Positions 6,307 through 15,228 are shown, counted from the stretch's first letter. The stretch: DNA of 24,000 nucleotides from an uncultured Chloroflexia bacterium (GCA_963767625.1 CAVYFB010000009.1:449310-473309); one strand, 5' to 3'. Numbers and translations are program-made. Notes: generated by a model not told the origin, from the sequence alone.

Positions 6307-7095
6307 TCACTTCTTGGTAATTTTGATGAAGATGATTGACAGCTCATACAGACAGGACATCGATACTCCCAGAAAAATGGGACTATAAATGTCGGCTCCT
6401 GGGGTGAGGAACGTTGATGCAATCCACAAACCGATATGAGAGCCTGCACGCTTCCTGACAAGCGTCTGTGAACTGATTATATCAATCTGCGCAAGGAAGG
6501 TGAGGACAAGAGGCAGTTCGAAAACGATGCCAAAGGCAAGCAAGAAAAACGCCACAAAGGTAAAGTAGCTGCCAGCCGTCACCAATTCGGTAAAACTGTC
6601 CGACGCAAATGTCACCAACCACTCGACCGGGTAGCGCAGGACGATGTAGCCCAGTGCAACGCCGGCCGTGAACAGGACAATACCAACTAATATGAAGGGG
6701 ATGGCATATTTCTTCTCTTTTTCAAGCAACCCGGGAGCGATAAATGCCCATGTCTGGTAGAGCACCACCGGCAGAGCGATAATGAAACCCACAGCAATAG
6801 AGATCATGAGAAAGACGGTAAAGCCTTCTGTAATTCCTGTCACAATCGGTTTTCTGCCGAATACATCGGCATTTGCTGGCAGTGGGTATGATAAGAAGTG
6901 GACAATCTGCTCGCGGAAGATGAAAGCGATGATTGCGCCAACCGCGATGGCGATCAAGGATTTGAAGAGACGCCATCGTAGTTCCTCCAGGTGATCGAAC
7001 AACGACATGGCAGACGGGTCGTCTTCTTCCTCTTCCGTGTTGTAGTCATTGATAGAGGTCATACGACTCTGCTGATTTATATTACCTGTTGCCAT
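6307..7095 (-). CDS. tatC: twin-arginine translocase subunit TatC
   Basis: FDHLEELRWRLFKSLIAI signature plus six hydrophobic helices. I prefer the ATG at 7095 (GAGGG SD about 5 nt upstream). The ORF-track start at 7125 would translate through the 7110-7129 palindrome. Confidence 0.9.
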   Translation of the reverse strand: MATGNINQQSRMTSINDYNTEEEEDDPSAMSLFDHLEELRWRLFKSLIAIAVGAIIAFIFREQIVHFLSYPLPANADVFGRKPIVTGITEGFTVFLMISIAVGFIIALPVVLYQTWAFIAPGLLEKEKKYAIPFILVGIVLFTAGVALGYIVLRYPVEWLVTFASDSFTELVTAGSYFTFVAFFLLAFGIVFELPLVLTFLAQIDIISSQTLVRKRAGSHIGLWIASTFLTPGADIYSPIFLGVSMSCLYELSIIFIKITKK

Positions 7096-7109
7096 ATTTT
7101 CCCTCGTAG

Positions 7110-7129
7110 GGGCGTGATTAATCACGCCC
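7110..7129. repeat. perfect 20-bp palindrome GGGCGTGATTAATCACGCCC between tatA and tatC
   Basis: Perfect dyad read directly from the sequence. It shares the GGGCGTGATTA / TCACGCCC arms with the hairpin at 6261-6288. Confidence 0.8.
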
Positions 7130-7141
7130 GAACCACAGACA

Positions 7142-7456
7142 TTACTCAGCGGGAGTTTCTACTTCTGTGTGGCTGACCTCGCTGGCGGCCTTTTTGCTTG
7201 CAAGCTCGCGGTCTATTGCTTCAAGCTGAGCTTTTTTGCTGGCAATTTCGCTGTCAATTGCAGCAGGGCTGGTAGCCGTTGGTTCTGACACTTCTTCTTT
7301 CGCTTCTTTTGGCGCAGTCAGTTCGCTCATGCCCTTTCTGAATTCATTAATACTCTTGCCGATGGCTGAACCCATCTCTGGCAGCTTTTTAGGGCCAAAA
7401 ATGAGAAGTGCAACGACTAGAATGATGATAAGTTCGGGAGCGTGAAATCCAAACAT
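7142..7456 (-). CDS. tatA: twin-arginine translocase subunit TatA/E
   Basis: MFGFHAPELIIILVVALLIFGPKKLPEMGSAIGKSINEFRKG is the canonical TatA TM plus amphipathic helix. ATG 7456 has AAAGGA 7 nt upstream. The ORF-track start at 7492 adds 12 atypical residues. Confidence 0.9.
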   Translation of the reverse strand: MFGFHAPELIIILVVALLIFGPKKLPEMGSAIGKSINEFRKGMSELTAPKEAKEEVSEPTATSPAAIDSEIASKKAQLEAIDRELASKKAASEVSHTEVETPAE

Positions 7457-7498
7457 GGTCGGAATCCTTTCTGGTTTACTTCGTTTCTTCAACTAGTA

Positions 7499-7795
7499 TT
7501 ACGGGTATGCGGGCTGGGTGACATCTTCCCCCATTAAGGCCGATCCAATCGCCTGCAGACTCTCCATGCCAATGCCTAGTACACTCAGGCCGGTTGCCCC
7601 CATGGCTACTAGTTTGACAGCCTTGCGTCGGCTCACCTGTTCTTGCTGCCAGTAAGCAATACTCTGTTCCTGCTTGCGTAATTCTCTTGCCTCAGCATGT
7701 ACCGAGGCGCATAATCGTCCCTCCAGTTCGGCTGGGACCTGTGCTGTGCTACCAAAGTGGCGCAATAACAATGTCTCGATAGAATCGTTGTGCAT
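7499..7795 (-). CDS. small single-pass membrane protein, putative anti-sigma factor
   Basis: It lies immediately downstream of the ECF sigma gene. One TM segment is present (AVKLVAMGATGLSVLGIGM). ATG 7795 has a GAGGAA SD. The function is inferred from position only. Confidence 0.45.
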   Translation of the reverse strand: MHNDSIETLLLRHFGSTAQVPAELEGRLCASVHAEARELRKQEQSIAYWQQEQVSRRKAVKLVAMGATGLSVLGIGMESLQAIGSALMGEDVTQPAYP

Positions 7796-7831
7796 AGGTT
7801 CTAGTTCCTCGCAAATGACCACGAAATCGCG

Positions 7832-8539
7832 TTACATTAATGGAGATGCATGAGAGTGGAGGAATGTGACATGGTTTTGTTTGTCTCTGTCACCTGGTTG
7901 GGTAGTTACTTTTGCAGGGTTCGTTTCGCTGGTATCATCGGTAATTGCTTCGCCGCACTCAAGGGCGTAGAACTGCTGAAATTGTTTGCGCGCGCGCGCG
8001 AGACGTTGACGTACAGCAGCTTCCTGGATGTCGAGCAGAGCGGCGATCTCGGCAGTTGATAAACTGGCGACTACCGAGAGGAAAAGGCAGATGCGTAACG
8101 ATTCGGGTAGCCGTGCCATGGTGCGCTGTACAGCGTCCCGCTCGGCTACGATTAGAGCGGGGTCTTCACTACTCGTGACCCCATATCCTGCTGGCTGAAC
8201 TGGCGCAGCGGAGTCGTCCAGCACATCTGCCTCGGTCTCATATTGCTTCATCTGCTGTTCCCCTTTTTGCATTTGGGAGAAGGGGATAAAGCGGAAGAGG
8301 CTACGCCGTCGTCGTTGCATGCGTACAGTGTTCAATGCAATGCGCAGCAACCAGGCTTTTGGACGAAACTGTGTGCCACTGGCAGCACGAGCAGCATCAA
8401 TACCTTTCAGGGCCTGCTGAAAGGTGTCCTGCGTCAGGTCCTGGCTTTCTTCCCAGTTGCCTGTTAAGCCATGAATGGTATGGAAGACTAGTTTGTAATA
8501 TTCATGAACGAAGGCTTCTACCGCTTGAGCGGCAGGCAT
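7832..8539 (-). CDS. ECF-type RNA polymerase sigma-70 family factor
   Basis: Region 2 (EESQDLTQDTFQQALKG, WLLRIALN) and region 4 HTH (LSTAEIAALLDIQEAAVRQRLARARKQ) are present. The ORF-track start at 8602 is TTG, so I prefer ATG 8539 (MPAAQAVEAF...). There is an unusually long 2-4 linker and an extra C-terminal tail of about 50 aa. Confidence 0.8.
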   Translation of the reverse strand: MPAAQAVEAFVHEYYKLVFHTIHGLTGNWEESQDLTQDTFQQALKGIDAARAASGTQFRPKAWLLRIALNTVRMQRRRRSLFRFIPFSQMQKGEQQMKQYETEADVLDDSAAPVQPAGYGVTSSEDPALIVAERDAVQRTMARLPESLRICLFLSVVASLSTAEIAALLDIQEAAVRQRLARARKQFQQFYALECGEAITDDTSETNPAKVTTQPGDRDKQNHVTFLHSHASPLM

Positions 8540-8679
8540 CGTGTCCACACAAAATGCTCTTTTCGCGTCTTGTCTACATGCAATGATGATGGAGATACAC
8601 AAGACTGGAGAAATCCGATAGAGGCGGTTTGACTAGATTTATGGGACGCTGCCCGTCTCCGCCTCCATGATCAAAGTAG

Positions 8680-8916
8680 TTAATGCAGATGTTCTTCTAT
8701 ATAATCATCGGCCTCTTGAACCGTCGTGATCTTCTCTGCATCCTCATCTGAGATCTGCAGTTTAAACTCCTCCTCTAGGGACATAATAAGTTCAACCAGG
8801 TCAAGAGAATCTGCATTGAGATCTTCAACAAAAGATGCGTTGGGGACAACCTCACTTTCATCAACGCCGAGCTGATCGACGATGATTTTCTTAAGTCGCT
8901 CAAAAACTGTGGCCAT
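8680..8916 (-). CDS. acpP: acyl carrier protein
   Basis: 78 aa with the [19 protein letters not shown] phosphopantetheine-attachment motif (DSL). The start overlaps the nusB stop (TAATG). Confidence 0.95.
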   Translation of the reverse strand: MATVFERLKKIIVDQLGVDESEVVPNASFVEDLNADSLDLVELIMSLEEEFKLQISDEDAEKITTVQEADDYIEEHLH

Positions 8917-9363
8917 TAATTCACCTCGCTTTCCGCTTTAGGGGTGGGCGCTTGTTGCGCCCGGTTAAATATTGTGCCAAGGACGCCATTGACAAAACGG
9001 CTGGAGGTGTTGCTGCCAAATTGTTTGGCTAATTCCACCGCTTCGTTAATAGCAGCCTTTGCTGGTACCGTATTATTAAACAGAATTTCGAAGATTGCAA
9101 GTCTGAGGATATTTTTGTCGAATTCGGGCCATTTGTTGTAATGGCCATTCGCGTGCCGCGCTCTGAATATGAGCATCGATATCGGCGAGGTGATTACGCA
9201 CCCCTATCACTAATTCGTCGGCGTATTCCAGCACCTTCGGTGGCAGATGGCGATCTTCGGCATGGCGCTGCAAAACCGCTGTGGGCGAGTGTTGGACAAG
9301 GTCATATTCATAGAGTGTTTGCAGCGCGATCATACGTGCTTGTCTGCGTATCCCTATAGGCAT
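8916..9363 (-). pseudogene. nusB: transcription antitermination factor NusB, frame broken by a 1-nt indel (genuine or sequencing error)
   Basis: The N-terminal half (MPIGIRRQARMIALQTLYEYD...[18 protein letters not shown]) is in one frame (9076-9363). The C-terminal half ([16 protein letters not shown]...[27 protein letters not shown]) is in another (8916-9176). The switch falls at the GGG run at 9126-9128; one fewer base would give a continuous NusB. Confidence 0.8.
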
Positions 9364-9482
9364 GGTATCCTCAACTGAGTTCTAGCTAGCTATGTTATGC
9401 TTTGCATCGCTGGACCTGGTGAGGCATCGTTGCAGAGCAACGCATAACGATATGTTTTTGCTTCCGACCTGCTGTCAGCGCA

Positions 9483-9815
9483 TCAGGCGACATCCTGAAT
9501 AAAGACGTTGACCTCGCGCACCTGCATCCCAACCAGGTCTTCAATGGCCGAGACGACTTCGTCCTGAACGGCGGAGCCGACATCAACAATATTAGAGCCG
9601 GATGCGACAACGATATAGAGATCGGCGGAGACCGTCGTATCCTTGATTGTCAGTGCCACACCTTGCCTGGGAAGTTCATGGCCAAGTAGGCGCGACCACT
9701 GATCCCCGATGTGAGCCATACGAACGACGCCAGCGGTCTGCAGTGCTGCGTTAATCACGATGGTTGAGAGCACTTGACGCGCAACCCGTACAACCCCTAG
9801 CGGTTCGGTTGCCAT
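9483..9815 (-). CDS. Asp23/Gls24-family (DUF322) envelope stress protein
   Basis: 110 aa with a pattern typical of the family (VARQVLSTIV...VRMA...GVALTIKD...VSADLYIVVASGSNIVDVGSAVQDEV). It lies upstream of nusB, as in Firmicutes yqhY-nusB. Confidence 0.75.
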   Translation of the reverse strand: MATEPLGVVRVARQVLSTIVINAALQTAGVVRMAHIGDQWSRLLGHELPRQGVALTIKDTTVSADLYIVVASGSNIVDVGSAVQDEVVSAIEDLVGMQVREVNVFIQDVA

Positions 9816-9857
9816 CGATTGGATTCCTCCTTCTCAAACGATAGGCCGTTATCAACA

Positions 9858-10889
9858 TTATATCTCAAGCGCCATTTCACGTACCAGGTCAACCGCCTTC
9901 TCCAATTCTGCCATGTTACTGATGTTGATGGTGGTGACGCTTTTAGCAATACGTTTAACCATTCCCGTCAAGGCTTGACCTGGCCCAATTTCGAAGAAAA
10001 CGGTTACGCCTGCGTTCGTCAGATGCTCGATGATGCGAACCCACTGTACAGAAGAGGCGATTTGTTGAGCCAACTCTACTCGTATGGAGCCAGATGCTGT
10101 CAATGGAGTGGCATCGATATTGCCAATAATGGGAATGGCCGCATCACGCACATTGGTGGCATCGATGGCTCGTGCCAGGCCAGCGGCGGCGGGTTGCATC
10201 ACGGGTGAGTGAAAAGCTCCACTTACAGTCAACGGGATAACTCGTTTGGCTCCGCGGGCTTTGGCTAATTCCATTGCCAGGGCCAGAGCCCGTTGCTCGC
10301 CAGAGATGACAATCTGGCCGGGCGCATTGAAGTTAGCAATAGTCACGTGTCCCTCTCCAGGATGGGAGGCATTGGTAGAAAAGCTGGCAAGCGTTTGTGT
10401 TGTTGCCTCCTGGCAAACAGCCTGCAACGTCTCTCCATCCATACCAATGACAGCTGCCATCCCGCCTGGGCAAACAGTCCCCTCGTAGTGCATCAAACGA
10501 CCACGTTCGCGTACCAGCAGCACCGCGTTGTCAAGAGCAAGTGCACCGGCAGCTACCAGTGCCGCATACTCGCCGACACTGTGACCGGCGGCATAGCTGG
10601 GAACGAGTGGTGACGACCAGGAAGAGGAATACTCAGGCGGGGCAAGAGCTTCTTGGAATGCTGCCAGCAGCGCAAGACTGACGATTACGATCGCAGGTTG
10701 CGCGTTGATGGTTTCGCGCAGGATATCTTCGGGACCATGAAAACACAAGTCGCTCAATGAGAAGCCCAGGGCTTTATCTACTACGTCAAAGACGTTGTGA
10801 GCAGCAGTTGATCTTGCGAAAACATCGGCTCCCATGCCGACGGCCTGGCTTCCCTGTCCTGGGAAAAGAAAGGCGACTCGTCTCGTCAT
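9858..10889 (-). CDS. fabD: malonyl-CoA:ACP transacylase
   Basis: FPGQGSQ, GHSVGEYAAL (active-site Ser) and SGAFHSPVM motifs; 343 aa. Confidence 0.92.
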   Translation of the reverse strand: MTRRVAFLFPGQGSQAVGMGADVFARSTAAHNVFDVVDKALGFSLSDLCFHGPEDILRETINAQPAIVIVSLALLAAFQEALAPPEYSSSWSSPLVPSYAAGHSVGEYAALVAAGALALDNAVLLVRERGRLMHYEGTVCPGGMAAVIGMDGETLQAVCQEATTQTLASFSTNASHPGEGHVTIANFNAPGQIVISGEQRALALAMELAKARGAKRVIPLTVSGAFHSPVMQPAAAGLARAIDATNVRDAAIPIIGNIDATPLTASGSIRVELAQQIASSVQWVRIIEHLTNAGVTVFFEIGPGQALTGMVKRIAKSVTTINISNMAELEKAVDLVREMALEI

Positions 10890-10946
10890 AATGCTCTGCT
10901 CTTGTGTAGGGAGATGGCGGGGAAACCATAACCGTCCCGCCCCGGG

Positions 10947-11138
10947 TTACTTTTTCTTCTCTTTGGGCAAAAAGACCTGACGACCACGATATGTCCCACA
11001 GTTGGGGCAGGCATGGTGCGAAAGTCGTGGCTTCTTGCACTGCGGACAGGCGACCAGCTGAGGCAAACTCAGGTGAAGATGTGAACGCCGCTCACCCTGC
11101 CGGGCGCGTGAAACTCGTTGTTTTGGTAGTGCTCCCAT
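10947..11138 (-). CDS. rpmF: 50S ribosomal protein L32
   Basis: 63 aa: basic N-terminus PKQRVSRARQGERRSH, then CPQC...CPNC zinc-ribbon cysteines. It lies downstream of yceD, as in the conserved yceD-rpmF pair. Confidence 0.9.
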   Translation of the reverse strand: MGALPKQRVSRARQGERRSHLHLSLPQLVACPQCKKPRLSHHACPNCGTYRGRQVFLPKEKKK

Positions 11139-11194
11139 TTTTTTAGATACTCCCCTCTTCTATTGATGGAGTGCCCGATCTTCAGGCTCCCCGG

Positions 11195-11725
11195 TTATAA
11201 TTGTGAGCCGTTCTGTAGCAATTTCCCAAGGACACTGAGTCGTGTATCCACCTCTGGCTTGCACTCGCATGGGCCAAGGCTCAGATCATGGCCGCACTGG
11301 GAGCAAAGCCCCGGACAATCCTCCCGGCACAGTGGTACCATAGGAATCGCTAGCAGCACTTCTTGCCGTATCGCCTCGGTCAGATCGACTAGATGGCGCT
11401 CATCGATAGGGAAGATTTCTTCCTCATCGAATGGAGGCAGATGGATGCCGGTGATCACATCGACGGTCGGGTAAAAAACTTCTTCAAAGGTCACATGCAG
11501 TGGCTGCTCAAACTCCTTCAGGCAGCGACTGCATGAAAGTTCAAGCGTCAGATCCACCCAGCCATCGACGAGCAATCCCTGATTTATGCGACGCATGCGC
11601 ACATGTCCATTGAGCGGGCCGATGACTTTCAAGTCAGCATCGAGCTGGACCTGCTCTTCGTGAATTTCAGCTTCTAACGAGGTGCCCACTCCAGCCTTCA
11701 TTAATTGGGCCACGTTATACAGCAT
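11195..11725 (-). CDS. yceD: YceD/DUF177 family ribosome-maturation protein
   Basis: 176 aa with a C-terminal cysteine cluster (CREDCPGLCSQCGHDLSLGPCEC). It lies upstream of rpmF. Confidence 0.8.
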   Translation of the reverse strand: MLYNVAQLMKAGVGTSLEAEIHEEQVQLDADLKVIGPLNGHVRMRRINQGLLVDGWVDLTLELSCSRCLKEFEQPLHVTFEEVFYPTVDVITGIHLPPFDEEEIFPIDERHLVDLTEAIRQEVLLAIPMVPLCREDCPGLCSQCGHDLSLGPCECKPEVDTRLSVLGKLLQNGSQL

Positions 11726-11832
11726 AGTTCTGCCTTCTTTATTAAGAATACATAAAATCTCTTTTGCTTACGCTTTCGAGAACTGTGGTTATCTCCTTTG
11801 CCTGCTTATTATAGGGGAGCGAGAGAAGGGTG

Positions 11833-13284
11833 TCAAGGCGCTAGGCTGACGATCCGTTTCATACTCCATGGCAAGCTTTGTAAAAAATCGGCAAAAGACT
11901 CGCGGCCATCGACGCGAATGCGCAGGAGCGCAAAAGGCGTCAGGCCATTCTGGTAGAAGCCTGTCATGCCAGGGTCGGTTGCCGCGCCCACGTACCCATC
12001 TGCTGCCAGCAGGGCAACGACGCGCTGCTGCAGCGCCAGGCTCCCGCTGCGGAATGGCTCCCCGGATGGATAGCAGAATTGTTGGATCACTATGCCCAGG
12101 TTTCTATGCAGTACAGCCTGAGACTGTAGCAGTTCCAGTTGCGCTTGCTCCGGTGAAAGCAAGAAGGTCGCGCCGATATTTACATGATGTATGGTATGGG
12201 AACCGATCTGCATGCCCGCTGCCTGCATGGTACGAATCTGGTCCCAATTCAAATAGCCCTGCCAACCCACGACGCCGGTAATGATGTAGAACATGCCACT
12301 GAAGCCATGGGCCTGCAACAGAGGAAAGGCGAACTGGTAGGCATCCTCATAGCCATCGTCGAAGGTGAGAATGATCGGATGCGAAGGCAAAGGCCCACCA
12401 TAGTAGAGTGCTGCAAACAATTGGTTGAAGGTGATGGTGTGGTAGCCTTGCTCTTTGAGGTAGTCTAACTGTTGCGCAAAGTGTGCTACAGTGACGGTCA
12501 GACTCAGCTGAAGAAGATTATTCGCTGGCACGAAATTGGAAATATGATGATACATCAGGATGGGCACCTTCACTAACGTGTCGGCGGGTCGTATTGGTGG
12601 CAAGATAGGAGCTTCCAGGTCTGCGGGGCCACCATCGAGGATGAGCCAATGGCTCTGCTGGTTTGCCGGGTTGACGGCTTGCTGTACGACGAAGGGGAGG
12701 TTTTGAAACACATGGCTGGGGTAGAGGTCTTCTGGTGGCAAGTCTGCCGGTTGCTCTAAGGTCGGATTTGGCTGGATCTCTAGGGAGATAGGTAACAGAA
12801 TCACCTGGTGATAGATGACCATTGTCTCCGGGTTGACCCACTGCAGCCGTCCAAAAGGCTTGCCCAGGATAAAACCCTGGAGGGTATAGTCTTGAAAACG
12901 GACACGATAGAAGTTGGCAAATGCTGCCTCGTTCGGCCATATGGCCTGCACCTGTGGATGCAGTAATGACCAGATAGTCTTGTACCGATGCTTGAGCAAT
13001 GCAGTCATATACTGCTGTGCCACTGCTTGGGCCTCTATTCGGCGTCCAATAGAGATGGGAATTTCAGGAGCAGGAGTGGGGAATATCTGAGTTAGAGTCC
13101 CCACACCCGGCAACCAGGTGAGTCTTCCTGACCACCAGGAGAAACTTCCTAAAAGTATGGCTATCAAGAGAAATAGCACGCCAACAATGGATATCACTAT
13201 CAGCAGCCAGCGACTTCGGGGACGTCGCCGAGAAGGAGTTGTGACGTTTTCTTCTTTTATTGCCAGCAATTGATACTTCTTCAT
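11833..13284 (-). CDS. membrane-anchored polysaccharide deacetylase (NodB homology domain)
   Basis: N-terminal TM segment (WLLIVISIVGVLFLLIAILLGSF). NodB motifs LTFDDGYEDAY and GSHTIHH, plus ILMYHHI. The start overlaps the lpd stop (TAATG). Confidence 0.8.
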   Translation of the reverse strand: MKKYQLLAIKEENVTTPSRRRPRSRWLLIVISIVGVLFLLIAILLGSFSWWSGRLTWLPGVGTLTQIFPTPAPEIPISIGRRIEAQAVAQQYMTALLKHRYKTIWSLLHPQVQAIWPNEAAFANFYRVRFQDYTLQGFILGKPFGRLQWVNPETMVIYHQVILLPISLEIQPNPTLEQPADLPPEDLYPSHVFQNLPFVVQQAVNPANQQSHWLILDGGPADLEAPILPPIRPADTLVKVPILMYHHISNFVPANNLLQLSLTVTVAHFAQQLDYLKEQGYHTITFNQLFAALYYGGPLPSHPIILTFDDGYEDAYQFAFPLLQAHGFSGMFYIITGVVGWQGYLNWDQIRTMQAAGMQIGSHTIHHVNIGATFLLSPEQAQLELLQSQAVLHRNLGIVIQQFCYPSGEPFRSGSLALQQRVVALLAADGYVGAATDPGMTGFYQNGLTPFALLRIRVDGRESFADFLQSLPWSMKRIVSLAP

Positions 13285-14705
13285 TATCTCGCTCGTGCTG
13301 ACTGCTTCGGTGGGATATGGATCGGACGGCCTTGTACTGCCAGCACCGCCTCGCGCAAACCCTCGCTAAGCGTTGGATGAGGATGGATGGTCTCGCTGAT
13401 CTCCTCGACAGTAAGCTCACCGCGCATGGCCACTGAGAACTCGCTAATCAAATTTGTGGCGTCGGGGCCGATGATGTGTGCACCCAGAATTTCGCCGTAT
13501 TTCCCGGTGATGACTTTGATAAAGCCTTCTGTTTCGGCGATGGCAACGGCTTTGCCAATTGCTGACCAGGGGAAACGCTCGACGTGTACTTCGGGATACT
13601 GCTCTTTTGCTTCCGCCTCGGTCAGGCCGACAAAGGCAATTTCGGGGAAGGTGTAGATAGGATTGGGCACAACGTTGTAATCCATTTTTGCTTCGTGTCC
13701 TAGCGCGTTGTCTGCCGCTACCTCGCCCTCAGTGGAAGCGACATGGGCCAGCCCAGCACCATGTACCAGGTCGCCGATAGCGTATATACCGGGCAGGTTC
13801 GTCTCCATCTTCTCATTGACACGAACACGCCCGCGGTCGTTATCCAGACCTTGCTCCATCAGGTGCTGCAGGCCGCTGGTATTGGCGCGGCGACTCACTG
13901 CCATCAATACGTACTCTCCGCTGAAGCTTTGCTCACCCTTGGTCGTACTGGCGATAACCTTCTTCAGATCGCCCTCATCGGCAATGGACTCGACCTTGGC
14001 GCCTGTGACGATGTTGATGCCACGTTTGCTGAGGATTCGCACAAGGAGTCTACGCACCTCTTCGTCGACGGGCGCGAGGATATTGGGTAGCATTTCGACG
14101 ACGGTCACCTGCGTGCCAATCGCGTTGAACATGCAGGCCAACTCGATACCAATCACGCCACCGCCAACACAGATAAGGCTCTTGGGCGTATCGGGCAGGT
14201 CCCAGCATGTATCGCTATTCATCACATTGTGCCCGTCGATGCCAGGAAATGGAGGCATGAGGGGTAATGAACCGGTGGCGAGGATGATCTTGTCTGCGCT
14301 AAACTGCTGCGAACTGCCATTTTTGCTGACGGTAACGGTGTGCGAAGTATCGAGCGTTGCCAGACCATCAAATACTTCGATGTTGTTGCCTTTCATGAGC
14401 GTTCCAACGCCGTTCGTCATGCGTTTGACAACTTTATCCTTGAAGGCGACGGCCTTGCGCATGTCGAAGGTCGGTGGCTGTGGCAGATGGATGCCGAGTT
14501 CGTCCAGCGACTCCATATTATGCATCACCTCGGCAATATGCAACATGGCTTTAGAGGGAATGCAACCCACGTTGAGACAGGTGCCGCCCAAATATTGCTT
14601 CTCGACGATGGCGGTCTTTGCCCCCAGTTGAGCAGCTCTGATAGCAGCAACGTAGCCACCAGGACCTGCACCAATAACCGCTACATTATAATGTGCATTT
14701 GCCAT
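13284..14705 (-). CDS. lpdA: dihydrolipoyl dehydrogenase (E3)
   Basis: FAD fingerprint VIGAGPGGY, redox-active disulfide GGTCLNVGCIPSK, NAD site VGGGVIGIE and C-terminal HPHPTLSE; 473 aa. Confidence 0.92.
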   Translation of the reverse strand: MANAHYNVAVIGAGPGGYVAAIRAAQLGAKTAIVEKQYLGGTCLNVGCIPSKAMLHIAEVMHNMESLDELGIHLPQPPTFDMRKAVAFKDKVVKRMTNGVGTLMKGNNIEVFDGLATLDTSHTVTVSKNGSSQQFSADKIILATGSLPLMPPFPGIDGHNVMNSDTCWDLPDTPKSLICVGGGVIGIELACMFNAIGTQVTVVEMLPNILAPVDEEVRRLLVRILSKRGINIVTGAKVESIADEGDLKKVIASTTKGEQSFSGEYVLMAVSRRANTSGLQHLMEQGLDNDRGRVRVNEKMETNLPGIYAIGDLVHGAGLAHVASTEGEVAADNALGHEAKMDYNVVPNPIYTFPEIAFVGLTEAEAKEQYPEVHVERFPWSAIGKAVAIAETEGFIKVITGKYGEILGAHIIGPDATNLISEFSVAMRGELTVEEISETIHPHPTLSEGLREAVLAVQGRPIHIPPKQSARAR

Positions 14706-15026
14706 TTATTATTCTCCTCCGAGATGAGTTTCTTGCGTCTGGGTTGTTCTCTTAATCGTAAGTATAACACGTTTGCGATGCTAGAAACATAGACGGTCGA
14801 TGGCCTATTAGGACTAATGGAAAAGTCGTGAGATACATTCGCATCTTCCAAACGTATGAATATATGGAAGGAATATAGTGGTAAGGGACTTATACTAACT
14901 TATAATATTTATAACGAGCAGAACACCTGGCACATGACATAGTTGAAATGGAGGAGGGTGCCCGGTACATGAGATGGCAGGGGGTCCAACCCGATACAAT
15001 TTAAGAGATAGGAGTATTCTTTTATT

Positions 15027-15224
15027 ATGGCAACAACTGGAGAATTACGGGCAATCATTCAGGAACTGCAACTCATCGACATCGGTGATGCTGGCAGCTA
15101 TCTAGGAGAAGAGGCTACAGTGGTAGAGGAATCATCAGTTTCTGTACAGACTCCATCTGTCACTGATACACACCCTCATGTTACTTGTGACGCCGCAGCT
15201 GAATGTTATATGGCCTGCCTGTAG
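15027..15224 (+). CDS. small acidic ORF with RiPP-precursor-like leader/core layout (hypothetical)
   Basis: 65 aa; GGAG at 15011-15014. Leader-like ELRAIIQELQLIDIGDAG is followed by a Ser/Thr/Cys-rich tail SSVSVQTPSVTDTHPHVTCDAAAECYMACL. No modification enzyme is adjacent, and whether it is coding at all is unproven. Confidence 0.35.
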   Translation: MATTGELRAIIQELQLIDIGDAGSYLGEEATVVEESSVSVQTPSVTDTHPHVTCDAAAECYMACL

Positions 15225-15228
15225 TGGA

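Noticed and set aside
13708-14631. 307-aa plus-strand ORF (and several shorter ones) inside the lpd region
   Set aside because: It lies entirely antisense to a very well-supported lpd gene. The product is low-complexity and Ser/Arg/Pro-rich, typical of shadow ORFs in GC-biased coding DNA. It has no SD or motif.
14926-14945. TGGCAC motif suggestive of a sigma-54 -24 box upstream of the small ORF
   Set aside because: The -12 element is missing: ATAGT stands where TTGC is required at the fixed 5-nt spacing.
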